From Pseudobdellovibrio sp. (lineage in GTDB: Bacteria > Bdellovibrionota > Bdellovibrionia > Bdellovibrionales > Bdellovibrionaceae), in the NCBI GenBank assembly GCA_025449725.1, contig JANWIU010000043.1, forward strand, positions 1 through 38,139: a DNA stretch of 38,139 nucleotides. Reading direction: 5' to 3'. This document shows, in pieces, positions 1 through 9,361 of the stretch (position 1 is its first letter; each line of letters begins with the position of its first letter). The notes under the pieces were generated by a model, which did not search any database, was not told the DNA's origin, and saw nothing but the letters and a program-made list of their open reading frames with translations. A program made the translations under genes and the position numbers.

Positions 1-156
1 AAAGAGAACGCAATTTACGCTGAGTCAGCGCTGAATACCGTGAGCTCTGCGATGGAAAACATCAAAGAAGCGATTACTGGTCCGAAAAACTACCAGAAAA
101 AAGGAAGCTATCAACAAGGCAATAATTCAGGAAACTTAGTAAGCAGAGAAGCTTAA
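1..156 (+). CDS. flgN: C-terminal fragment of probable flagellar export chaperone FlgN (5' end outside window)
   Basis: Frame 1 is open from base 1 (KENAIYAESALNTVSSAMENIKEAITGPKNYQKKG...GNLVSREA) to TAA at 154-156, immediately upstream of flgK. The Y-x-x-x-G tail and position are typical of FlgN. Confidence 0.7.
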   Translation, partial: KENAIYAESALNTVSSAMENIKEAITGPKNYQKKGSYQQGNNSGNLVSREA

Positions 157-178
157 TCCAAGTTAAGGAAAGGCAAGG

Positions 179-1591
179 ATGGCCAAGATTCACAGTTTGT
201 TAGATGTAGGACGACGCGGAATGAGCGTCAGTCAGTCTGCGATGCAGACTGCGTCCCACAATATTGCTAACAAATCAGTTGAAGGCTTTTCACGCCAGCG
301 TGTTGATATTGAAACGAACCCTGCAGTCGGTGACGGAAAAGCCCGCATTGGTACAGGTTCCCGCCTTGGTGGCATTACCAGAACAAATAATCCTTGGATT
401 GAAAAACAAATCGAGCGTGAGGGTGCGAACCTATCTTACATGGAAGGCCGTTCGAACGCAGCACAGCGGTTAGAGTCGGCCTTTAATGAACAAACGGTTA
501 AAGGCACCAGTAATGCGATGTCAGAATTCTTTAACAGTTTTCGCGAGCTTGCAAATAATCCGGAAAGCTTAACAGCTCGTACTGTTGTTCGCGATAATGC
601 AAACGCGCTGATTAAAAACTTTCAGGATGTTAACAGACAAATCGATTCCGTAACCGACGAGTTGAACAATACCATTTCAACCGGTGTGACTGAAATCAAC
701 GGTCATGTTAAAGAAGTGGCTAAGTTAAATGAAAAAATTCAGTCTATTGAAATTTCCGGTGTAACTGCGAATGATGAACGTGACCGTCGTGATTTACTTT
801 TAAAAAAGCTGGCTGAAAAAATTGATATCAGTTGGGCTGAAGACACAACTTCCGGAATGATAAATATTACTGCCGGAAAAACCGGGATTCTTGTTGCCGG
901 TACAAGTGCTTCACAGTTGAAGACAGCTACCGATGAGAACAACCGCACTCAGGTTGTATATGAACTAGGTAGCAGCGCAACCAGCGATATCACAGAACAG
1001 TTTAAGCGCGGAGCCCTTGGCGGTGCTATTGAGCTGCGTGACGGCATTGTTTCTGAACTTAGACAAAACATTTCGGACATGGCTTACAATATCGCTTCTG
1101 AAGTTAATAATGCTCATGCAGAAGGTTTTGACCGTTACAATAAACAGGGCGGTCCATTCTTTGATATTCCTCAGGACGGTACTTTTGATCTCCGTGATTT
1201 AAAAGTTAATGCGGATATCTCCCGCGATGTAGGCCGCATTTCTGCATCGGCAAAACCGAATGCTCCGGGTGATAATACCGTAGCCAACGTTATTCACTCT
1301 TTACAGTTTAAAAAGGTAATGGGAGATTCCAGCACCTTTACTTTTGATGACTACTACACTTCTAAAGTAGGTGAGATCGGCGTGATGAACCAAAAGGCGA
1401 TTGCCAGCCTGGAATCACAAAAGAATATTGTAGATCAGGTTAAAAATGTTCGCGAAAGTATCAGCGGCGTCAGCTTGGATGAAGAAGCGCAAAAAATGAT
1501 TGAATATCAAAAAGCTTACGAAGCCTCAGCGCGCATCATCCGCATGGCCGATGAAATGTTTGATACGGTTTTAAATTTAAAAAGATTATAG
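179..1591 (+). CDS. flgK: Flagellar hook-associated protein 1 FlgK
   Basis: N-terminal SHNIAN...GFSRQRV, C-terminal SGVSLDEE...YQKAYEASARII; upstream of flgL. Confidence 0.97.
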   Translation: MAKIHSLLDVGRRGMSVSQSAMQTASHNIANKSVEGFSRQRVDIETNPAVGDGKARIGTGSRLGGITRTNNPWIEKQIEREGANLSYMEGRSNAAQRLESAFNEQTVKGTSNAMSEFFNSFRELANNPESLTARTVVRDNANALIKNFQDVNRQIDSVTDELNNTISTGVTEINGHVKEVAKLNEKIQSIEISGVTANDERDRRDLLLKKLAEKIDISWAEDTTSGMINITAGKTGILVAGTSASQLKTATDENNRTQVVYELGSSATSDITEQFKRGALGGAIELRDGIVSELRQNISDMAYNIASEVNNAHAEGFDRYNKQGGPFFDIPQDGTFDLRDLKVNADISRDVGRISASAKPNAPGDNTVANVIHSLQFKKVMGDSSTFTFDDYYTSKVGEIGVMNQKAIASLESQKNIVDQVKNVRESISGVSLDEEAQKMIEYQKAYEASARIIRMADEMFDTVLNLKRL

Positions 1592-1604
1592 GTAAGAAAG
1601 TTTA

Positions 1605-2687
1605 ATGCGTATAACGGATAAAATGACTCAAGCTCAGGTTCTTAAAAATATTCAGAAGAATAGATCTGAGCTTGCGACATTACAGAATCAGGCGGCAACC
1701 GGCAAAAAGCTGATGACGCCTTCTGATGATCCGACCGGTGCGACCAAGGTTTTAACGAACCGTACGGAAGAGCGTAACTTACAACAATTTGAAAAAAATA
1801 TTTTCTTCGCCAAAAATTTCTTAGAGACGACAGAATCAACGCTTGGGCAGTTAGCCGATTCTCTGATTCGCGCTAAGGAACTCGCTTTACAGGCGGCCAG
1901 TGATACGGTGGGGGGACCTCAGCGTGCAATGATCGGCTCTGAAGTAGGACAAATCAAAAGTTCTATTCTAGAAATGTCAAATCGACGTGCCGGCGACCGT
2001 TACTTATTCGGTGGCTTTAAAACCCAATCACCGCCGTTTACAAAAGACGGAGATTACAGTGGTGACGACGGTGAGATGAAGATTCAAAACCAGAAGGGCA
2101 GCTTCGTGGCGATGAATTTGTCAGGAAACCGTGTGTTCTTGGGCCGGGGAATCGGGCCGGATAACACTTACGTTCGCCCACCTGAAAATGTTCCTGAAGA
2201 TACATCTCAGTTACAAGATTATAAATTGGCAGAAGTTGATCGTGAATTCCTGAATAAACAGGAAGACGAAAACTATATTGAAACCCGTGGCCCTGCATCG
2301 GTTGGCCGTGTTCAAACAATGACCCAAAAAGATCCTGTAACAGGCAATGAAGGCGTTAACGTCTTCTCTCTTATGCAAAGCCTGGATGTGGCCTTGAAAA
2401 CAAATGACAAGTTTGCAATTCAAGAGGCATTAGAGCCGTTAGATCAAGCTTTGAATCAAGTGAACTTAATGCGCGCCGAAATCGGCGGACGTGTAAATGT
2501 TCTCAATTCTGCTGTTGAAGGTATTCACAAACAAACAGTCGATAATAAATCAATCACGTCGCAAATCGAAGATGCGGATCTTTTCGAAACGATGACTCAG
2601 CTTTCGAAAGCTGACACGGCTTTAAAAGGCACGCTGGAAACCAGCAGTAAAGTCATCGGCATGAACCTTCTGGATTTTATTAAGTAA
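1605..2687 (+). CDS. flgL: Flagellar hook-associated protein 3 FlgL
   Basis: MRIT..., ATGKKL..PSDDP, RYLFGG and C-terminal NLLDFIK flagellin-like signatures; follows flgK. Confidence 0.96.
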   Translation: MRITDKMTQAQVLKNIQKNRSELATLQNQAATGKKLMTPSDDPTGATKVLTNRTEERNLQQFEKNIFFAKNFLETTESTLGQLADSLIRAKELALQAASDTVGGPQRAMIGSEVGQIKSSILEMSNRRAGDRYLFGGFKTQSPPFTKDGDYSGDDGEMKIQNQKGSFVAMNLSGNRVFLGRGIGPDNTYVRPPENVPEDTSQLQDYKLAEVDREFLNKQEDENYIETRGPASVGRVQTMTQKDPVTGNEGVNVFSLMQSLDVALKTNDKFAIQEALEPLDQALNQVNLMRAEIGGRVNVLNSAVEGIHKQTVDNKSITSQIEDADLFETMTQLSKADTALKGTLETSSKVIGMNLLDFIK

Positions 2688-2707
2688 ATTCTATTAAATT
2701 TCCGGCA

Positions 2708-3385
2708 CTAAGCTTTTTTTATCTCTGAATCCGGATGGCAGTAATATTTCACTAACAAGTAAATACAGTAGGCGCAGATTAAATGCCAAATCGCATGTAG
2801 CGTGATGACGTTATTCTTCGGCAGACAGTAAATTAGATTCATATCCATAATATTCAGAAACAGCGCAAATAGAAATAACCCAAATGCCATCACAAGGCTT
2901 TTCTTTATCATCGGCGATGGCGGGTGCTTGGCAGAATAAATAAATTCAAGCAATGCCGCTATCAAGAACTGAATCAAAAACACAATGCCACCCAGTTGCG
3001 GATGAATAAAAGGTACCGATGATAGAAATAAGACGGCAAAGATTCCGTACATCATAGATGGCTTAAATTTAAAAGAACGCGTGAGAGTGTAAGCCAGTGA
3101 GTACGACGACAATAGAAGCATTCCTCCCAAATCCATATCGCGCCCGATGACCGTTGCGCTCATATGAAAGAATGTACTTCCGATAAACAGCAAAAAAACA
3201 ATAGCGGCAAACCAAAGCCGCTGCGGCCGCCAGCCGGTTTGGCGAAAAACCAAAATAGCCGAAATCAGATAGCCGATGTTAGACCAAGTATTCGCGGGTT
3301 GTTCCACCCAGGCACAAAGATTGGTTTCGCAAAAGTAAACCTGCATCTGGCCAATGGAAGACCAGGGGCACGAAGTAAATTCCAT
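2708..3385 (-). CDS. Alkaline ceramidase-like membrane hydrolase (CREST superfamily), copy 2
   Basis: About 7 TM segments; FCETN, NTWSN, GSTFFH (SxxxH), conserved Asp (RDMD) and HAIWH (HxxxH) match ACER/CREST Zn-binding motifs. Confidence 0.8.
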   Translation of the reverse strand: MEFTSCPWSSIGQMQVYFCETNLCAWVEQPANTWSNIGYLISAILVFRQTGWRPQRLWFAAIVFLLFIGSTFFHMSATVIGRDMDLGGMLLLSSYSLAYTLTRSFKFKPSMMYGIFAVLFLSSVPFIHPQLGGIVFLIQFLIAALLEFIYSAKHPPSPMIKKSLVMAFGLFLFALFLNIMDMNLIYCLPKNNVITLHAIWHLICAYCIYLLVKYYCHPDSEIKKA

Positions 3386-4072
3386 TTAAGCAGACTCCTG
3401 ATGGCAATAGTATTTAACACCAAGAAAAATAGAATAAGCGCACATCAAATGCCAAATTGCATGAAGGGTAATGATATTGTTTTCAGGCAAACAATAAATG
3501 CGCTTCATATCCAGCAAATTTAAAACCAAAGCGAATGCAAATAAACCGAGAGATACCAGAAGACTTTTTTTAACCGCAGGAGAGGCGGGATTTTGACGGG
3601 AGTACATGAGCTCGAGTAAAGCTGAGATGAAAATTTGAAATACAAACATGGCGCCGCCACCCATCCCGTACCCTCGTAACGAAGGTAACGACAGGCCGAA
3701 CAAGCCGATGGTCATCCAAAAGATCTGTATCGGAGAAAATTCAAAACGTTTTCCTACAGTGCGGGAAAATGTTTGGATCAAAATCAGCGAAGAGAGCAAA
3801 AGCATTGCACCGACATCAACATCGCGCCCGATAAATGTTCCGCTTAAATGATAAAACGTACTTCCGATAAAAAGCGCTAAAGAAGCGAAAGCAAATTGTT
3901 TGCGAACCGGCTTCCACTCTGTTTGGCGGTAGATGTAGTAAGCGGCGATAAGATAACCAATGTTCGACCAGGTGTTCGCAGGCTGAACAACCCAGGCGCA
4001 AAGATTCGTTTCACAATAGTGTACCGGGAGCTGGCCCAGAGGCGCCCACGGGCAATTCGTCAGTTGTTCCAT
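3386..4072 (-). CDS. Alkaline ceramidase-like membrane hydrolase (CREST superfamily), copy 1
   Basis: YCETN, NTWSN, GSTFYH, RDVD, HAIWH; clear paralog of 2708-3385, and its stop abuts that gene's start. Confidence 0.8.
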   Translation of the reverse strand: MEQLTNCPWAPLGQLPVHYCETNLCAWVVQPANTWSNIGYLIAAYYIYRQTEWKPVRKQFAFASLALFIGSTFYHLSGTFIGRDVDVGAMLLLSSLILIQTFSRTVGKRFEFSPIQIFWMTIGLFGLSLPSLRGYGMGGGAMFVFQIFISALLELMYSRQNPASPAVKKSLLVSLGLFAFALVLNLLDMKRIYCLPENNIITLHAIWHLMCAYSIFLGVKYYCHQESA

Positions 4073-4243
4073 GGATCAAGTTCATCATAGTTGCCTGTCT
4101 ATGCACAAGACTTAGCCTGCGGATTTATCCGCTTTTTGACAAATTTAAGATCATGACAGATTCCCATGTAAATTTTTGAAATTATTAGCTGTATTTGAAA
4201 CTTTTATTGAGGCGTCCTTGACTTTCGCCCCTATAAGAAATAA

Positions 4244-4270
4244 TTAAGTTCCGCATTAAAAGACCGATAA
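4244..4270 (+). promoter_or_regulatory. sigma28 (FliA)-type promoter for csrA
   Basis: TTAAGTTC-N11-ACCGATAA versus consensus TAAAGTTT-N11-GCCGATAA, 26 bp before the csrA ATG. Confidence 0.7.
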
Positions 4271-4296
4271 GTTAGATGCTGACAAGGAGTTAAGTC

Positions 4297-4527
4297 ATGC
4301 TCGTTCTTACAAGGAAGTTAGGTGAAAGCATCGCAATCGATGATCACATCAAAATCCGAGTTGTCCAAATTAAAGGCAAGCAAGTAAGACTCGGCATCGA
4401 GGCTCCGAAGGATACAAAAATCCACCGTGAAGAAGTCTACATGGCCATTCAGGATCAAAATCAACAATCAGCTAACGTAACCCCTGATAAAGTTAAAAAT
4501 ATTTCTAAACTGTTAAAACCTGAGTAA
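4297..4527 (+). CDS. csrA: Carbon storage regulator / translational regulator CsrA
   Basis: MLVLTRKLGESIAI...VRLGIEAPKDTKIHREEVY; AAGGAG Shine-Dalgarno; adjacent to fliW. Confidence 0.98.
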   Translation: MLVLTRKLGESIAIDDHIKIRVVQIKGKQVRLGIEAPKDTKIHREEVYMAIQDQNQQSANVTPDKVKNISKLLKPE

Positions 4528-4626
4528 TTGGGCTCTTTTGGGTCCTCTTTAAGTCAGTACAGAACCTTAAATACCCTTAAAATAACTCCTAGCGTTACCT
4601 AAAAAGAAATTGATAAGACCTCGATT

Positions 4627-4653
4627 TAAGTCCAGAATTTATTTAACCGACTA
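4627..4653 (+). promoter_or_regulatory. Possible second sigma28-type promoter upstream of fliW
   Basis: TAAG-N15-ACCGACTA, a weaker match to TAAA-N15-GCCGATAA. Confidence 0.35.
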
Positions 4654-4693
4654 AGTCATGGCATTTGTCTGATTAGTTAGCAGGGGGGTTTGC

Positions 4694-5230
4694 GTGGTTA
4701 TTAAAACATCTCGATTTGGCTTAGTGGAGCTTAAATCCGACGACGTTTTGACATTTCCAGAAGGCCTTCTTGGATTTCAGAATTTACGTCAATTTGCACT
4801 TATTGATGATCCGGAATTTGTTTTCTTGTGGTTACAAAGCTGTGAAATTCCTGAGTTAGCGTTTCCGGTTCTTGAGCCTGAGCTGTTTGGCCAAAAATAT
4901 TCTATCAATTTAAATCGTACTGATTTTGAATCGTTAAAATTACAACCGAATCAATCTCCAAGTTATTTGACGATCATTACAATTCCAGATGATCCATTGG
5001 AAATGACTGCAAACATTAAAGCGCCTGTCGTTATCAACACTAAAGAACGAATTGCTCGTCAATGTGTTCTTCAGGATAACAACTTGGCGATCAAAGAAAA
5101 AATCTTCTCTAAACTTCAAGGCCGCGTAGTTGCAAATAATGATGAGCCTTTCAAAAACCAAGGGCGTCAATTTGACATGACGGTTAAAGTTTCCGAGACT
5201 CCAAAAGCTCCGGTTGACCAAGAACTTTAA
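4694..5230 (+). CDS. fliW: Flagellar assembly factor FliW (CsrA antagonist)
   Basis: GTG start; TSRFG, FPEGLLGF, FLWLQS, MTANIKAPVVIN, RQCVL motifs. Confidence 0.95.
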   Translation: MVIKTSRFGLVELKSDDVLTFPEGLLGFQNLRQFALIDDPEFVFLWLQSCEIPELAFPVLEPELFGQKYSINLNRTDFESLKLQPNQSPSYLTIITIPDDPLEMTANIKAPVVINTKERIARQCVLQDNNLAIKEKIFSKLQGRVVANNDEPFKNQGRQFDMTVKVSETPKAPVDQEL

Positions 5231-5248
5231 TTAGCTGATCCTGCTTCG

Positions 5249-8200
5249 ATGCTTCTTAGATCCATCCTGTTTTCACATGCAGAAAAATTGATTTCTATTG
5301 GTAAAAATCGTGTGATACAGGCCGAAGATCGTCTTGAGCTGGCGGATGGTTTGAACCCTCGCCGCTTACCATGGGACGAATCGATTATCGATTGGTCTGA
5401 CAAAAAGAATTTTCTGCTAACACTTCTTAGGTCTTCACGAAAAAATTTAACCAGAGCGTTTCTGTTTCAGGTGTTGGGAAGTTTGTTTTCTTTCGCCACG
5501 CCGTTTGTTGTTCACGCTTTTGTATCGAGGCTGCAGGCCGGATCTTTTTCTCAGCAAGACATAAATGAACTTTGCCTCATTGCTTTGGGGTTTGGTATTT
5601 GCGGCTTAGGAAACGGTATTTCGATTCAGCATTACTTCTACCAGACTCTGGTGTTCAATCAGATTTCAACGAACTTAGTTAATAAAAAAATCTTTCAGCA
5701 TTCTTTGAAGTTGTCGAGCGCCGGAAAGAATAAATATCAAGTCGGGGATATCGTCAATTACATGAGTTCGGATTCGGATGCTATTGCTGACGGGGCTATC
5801 ACATCTATTGATTTAACGAACTCTGTGATTATGAGTATCGGTTGTACAGCTGCACTTTTTTACTTTTTGGGCTGGTCGGCTGTCGTTGCGGTTATTGTAA
5901 TGGCGCTACTGATCCCGGTTACCGGCAAGTTATCAAAAAGTTTCATGCATTTAGAAGACGAAATGATGGGCTTTCGCGACAAGCGTTTAACGCTGATGAC
6001 TCAGCTGTTAAATGCCATGCGAGTTGTAAAGTATTTCGTTTGGGAAAAAAGTGTTCACCACGAAGTTTCTGAAGTCCGCTCTAAAGAAGTGGGTGCCCGT
6101 ACCAAGTTGGCGCAGGCCGAAATCGCATGGGGACTTATTTATACTTCAGTAAATTCCGTCGTGTTGTTTTCAGCGCTGTTAACCCACACTTTGCGCGGCC
6201 AAAATGTCGACATGGCATTGATCTTCACCTGTATTTCTATTTTCGGAATTATGGAAGATCAGTTCGGAAGCCTTTCGCGCTTTATCAGCCGGTTCATTAA
6301 TATTCTTGTCAGTGCCGACCGTATCACAAAATTCTTAAAGTCAGACACGCTTGCGGATGTTCATCATAACAAACTGAGTTCCGCTGCGATTGAATTTAAA
6401 GATGTAGATTTTTACTACGATGAAAATAAAAAAATTCTATCGAAGTTGAATTTGAAGCTGGAGCACGGGAAGTCTTTAGCGGTTGTAGGAGCGGTTGGAG
6501 CCGGTAAATCAACCTTGCTGGGCCTTTTGCTGGATGAGTATTTGCCTAAGGGTGGCGAGGTTCTGTTTAGCAAAGCTCAACCATCGCGCGCTTATGTGCC
6601 TCAGGATGCGTACATTATTAATGCGACATTGAGAGAAAATATTATCTTCGGTAAAGCCGGAGTTTCTGAAGATGATGTAAAGCTGGCGCTAAAACTTTCT
6701 GCCCTGGAATTTGATTTATTGGCATTGCCATCCGGACTGGATACTGAAATCGGTGAGAAGGGTGTAAACCTTTCCGGCGGTCAAAAGCAAAGAGTCAGCA
6801 TCGCCCGCGCTATATTGGCGAATACAGATTTAATTCTGATGGACGACCCTTTGTCTGCGTTGGACCCGAATACCGAAAGTTACATCAACGATCAACTTTT
6901 GTTCGGCGCCTGGCAGGAAAAAACAAGAATTGTGGTTACGCACAGATTGAGTGCAGTTTCACGATTTGACCAAATTCTTTTTATGGATGAGGGCCGTCAC
7001 TATTTGGGAACTTATGATGAACTCATTGTAAGTTGTGAGCCCTTTAAACGGTTTGTTAAAACATACGAAGAAAATGCTGAGTTAGAAAGAAATTCCGGCA
7101 TCAAGAAGCATGCGGTAGAAATGGTGCAATCAACCGGAAGCGCAGAAAGCGGAAAGCTGATGGTCGATGAAGACCGCGCCATCGGTGCAGTTGAAAAATC
7201 GGTTTATATTAAATACCTTAAAGCGCTTGGCGGTAAGCCACCGAAACAGAAGAAGGTCATCATATTGCTATTTTTAGCTGCTGTGGCTGTAGTGAGTGCG
7301 CCGTTATTGCAAAAAATTTGGCTTTCGCAGTCTGATAAAATTTCTGATTTGACACCTTTGCAGGTTATTTTGATTTACGGTTTGCTGGGGCTCATGACCA
7401 TGATCGTAACATTTGTGAGTAACAGCTTCTGGGCAAAGCGCGGCATTGAGGCCGGTAAATCCTTTCATGATCAAATGTTGTCAGCGATTCTGGCGGCGCC
7501 AATTCGATTTTTTGACAGCACGCCGGTGGGCCGGATTCTCCAGCGCTTTTCTCGCGATGTGGAATCAGTTGATATTCACCTGCAGTGGAGCTTCGACCAC
7601 ACTATCCATGCGTTGTTTCATGTCACCGTCTCGTTTCTTTTGATTGTCACGGTTTTGCCGGTGGTGATGATTTTTATGATTCCGATATTTTTCATTTATT
7701 ATAACCTGCAGAACAGCTACCGCCGTGTCGCACGAGAAATCAAACGTTTAGACTCTCTGGCGCGGTCACCACGCTACGCTCACTTCAAAGAGACACTGCA
7801 AGGGCTTTCCGTCATTCGCGCCTTTGGGCAGTCTGATTGGGCAATGGAGCAGTTTTATAAAAAGCTGACCTACTCAACCGAAATGTCACGCACTCACTAT
7901 ATGGTGAACCGCTGGTTTTCAACGCGCTTACCGCTGATAGGTGCTGCGATTTCAACGACGACGGGTCTGGTTATTGTGTTTTCAAGTTATAAGGGTCTGA
8001 TCGGCGCGGGTACTGCGGGCCTTGTCACATTATATGCGTTGGATTTTTGGCGTCATTTAAACTGGGGTGTCCGTATCTTTTCGGATTTGGAGTCCCGAAT
8101 GACTTCTGTTGAAAGGTTACAATTTTATGGTGACTTACCGGCGGAAAAGAATTTTCAGGGTCATGATGCCCTGGATGTCGGCGATACCTGGCCACGAAGC

Positions 8201-8872
8201 GGAGAGCTGGAGTTTAGAAATGTATTTTTGCGGTATGCGGAACACCTGCCATTTGTTTTGAAGAATGTAAGTTTTAAAATTCAGTCTGGAAGCCGCGTTG
8301 GTTTGATTGGTCGCACAGGCTCCGGAAAATCAACAATCTTTCAAAGCGTGTATCGTTTTGTGGATATTGAGTCAGGGCAAATTTTATTGGACGGACAGCC
8401 TATTCATCAAATTCCGCTTAAGCGAGTTCGAAAAAACCTCGCAGTAATTCCGCAGGATCCGGCGCTGTTTATGGGAACACTAAGAAGCAATATTGACCGC
8501 TATAATCGGGTCAGTGATGACGATGTCTGGAGTGTTCTAAAGAAGGTTTCATTGGATCAGTTTGTTCGTCACCTGCCGAATCAACTTGATTTCAAAGTTG
8601 CTGAAAACGGCGCGAACCTGTCACAAGGGCAGCGGCAGTTAATTTGTCTTGCCCGGGCCTTGCTGATGAAAGTGAAAATTATTTTTCTGGATGAAGCCAC
8701 AGCCAGCGTAGATGTAGAAACAGATGCCGTTGTTCAAAGGGTTATTCGAGACTCTCTTGATGGAATGACTTTAATAACGATCGCACACCGGCTTTCAACG
8801 CTGGAAGGATACGACAAAGTCATTGAACTCAGTAACGGGGAAGTCGTGGTTGGCGAAAAGAGCTTAGTTTAA
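5249..8872 (+). CDS. Full-length ABC exporter, MRP/ABCC-type (TMD-NBD-TMD-NBD)
   Basis: NBD1 GAVGAGKS / LSGGQKQR / DDPLSALD; NBD2 GRTGSGKS / LSQGQRQL / DEATASVD; TMD2 TPVGRILQRFSRD and SPRYAHFKETLQGL. Confidence 0.92.
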   Translation: MLLRSILFSHAEKLISIGKNRVIQAEDRLELADGLNPRRLPWDESIIDWSDKKNFLLTLLRSSRKNLTRAFLFQVLGSLFSFATPFVVHAFVSRLQAGSFSQQDINELCLIALGFGICGLGNGISIQHYFYQTLVFNQISTNLVNKKIFQHSLKLSSAGKNKYQVGDIVNYMSSDSDAIADGAITSIDLTNSVIMSIGCTAALFYFLGWSAVVAVIVMALLIPVTGKLSKSFMHLEDEMMGFRDKRLTLMTQLLNAMRVVKYFVWEKSVHHEVSEVRSKEVGARTKLAQAEIAWGLIYTSVNSVVLFSALLTHTLRGQNVDMALIFTCISIFGIMEDQFGSLSRFISRFINILVSADRITKFLKSDTLADVHHNKLSSAAIEFKDVDFYYDENKKILSKLNLKLEHGKSLAVVGAVGAGKSTLLGLLLDEYLPKGGEVLFSKAQPSRAYVPQDAYIINATLRENIIFGKAGVSEDDVKLALKLSALEFDLLALPSGLDTEIGEKGVNLSGGQKQRVSIARAILANTDLILMDDPLSALDPNTESYINDQLLFGAWQEKTRIVVTHRLSAVSRFDQILFMDEGRHYLGTYDELIVSCEPFKRFVKTYEENAELERNSGIKKHAVEMVQSTGSAESGKLMVDEDRAIGAVEKSVYIKYLKALGGKPPKQKKVIILLFLAAVAVVSAPLLQKIWLSQSDKISDLTPLQVILIYGLLGLMTMIVTFVSNSFWAKRGIEAGKSFHDQMLSAILAAPIRFFDSTPVGRILQRFSRDVESVDIHLQWSFDHTIHALFHVTVSFLLIVTVLPVVMIFMIPIFFIYYNLQNSYRRVAREIKRLDSLARSPRYAHFKETLQGLSVIRAFGQSDWAMEQFYKKLTYSTEMSRTHYMVNRWFSTRLPLIGAAISTTTGLVIVFSSYKGLIGAGTAGLVTLYALDFWRHLNWGVRIFSDLESRMTSVERLQFYGDLPAEKNFQGHDALDVGDTWPRSGELEFRNVFLRYAEHLPFVLKNVSFKIQSGSRVGLIGRTGSGKSTIFQSVYRFVDIESGQILLDGQPIHQIPLKRVRKNLAVIPQDPALFMGTLRSNIDRYNRVSDDDVWSVLKKVSLDQFVRHLPNQLDFKVAENGANLSQGQRQLICLARALLMKVKIIFLDEATASVDVETDAVVQRVIRDSLDGMTLITIAHRLSTLEGYDKVIELSNGEVVVGEKSLV

Positions 8873-9271
8873 ACCTAATGCCTTAGATAACTGCCAGTTT
8901 TGCGGATGATTTTTACCGCGCATCAAAGTTGTCAGATCAATGATAGAGCCATCATCGTAGTAACAAACTTTAAGTGGTGTCCCGCCAGCACTTGGGAAAG
9001 TGGCAATATGGCCAGGGTCACACATCGTAACTCCACGGCTGTAATCATAAATTGAAGCCGGCATATCTTCGATAGCAGCATCTTTATTTAGTAAATCAAT
9101 TGCACCGACAACTGAAGAGCCAAGCCTGCAAAGTCCGATTTGATCTAATCCCGTATCAAGCACGAAGAATTGGCCGTTAGCTACGCGGCAGGCGCGCATC
9201 TGAGGATTGCCGGCAGCCGAAGTTGAAAGACCGACTGTTACTAAGAGCATGAATAAACTTAAATTCTTCAT
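8864..9271 (-). CDS. Secreted small Cys-containing protein, possibly two DUF333-like repeats
   Basis: Signal peptide; NP..RAC...G...IGLC and PASIY...C...VCYYDDGS resemble the DUF333 pattern. Confidence 0.5.
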   Translation of the reverse strand: MKNLSLFMLLVTVGLSTSAAGNPQMRACRVANGQFFVLDTGLDQIGLCRLGSSVVGAIDLLNKDAAIEDMPASIYDYSRGVTMCDPGHIATFPSAGGTPLKVCYYDDGSIIDLTTLMRGKNHPQNWQLSKALGLN

Positions 9272-9361
9272 AGACCCACCCCAAAAATATATAAGTGCTT
9301 TATAGTGATTTTAAACTCAAAACACAAGCCGATTGATAAAACTTACAAGGGCAAAGCGGCC

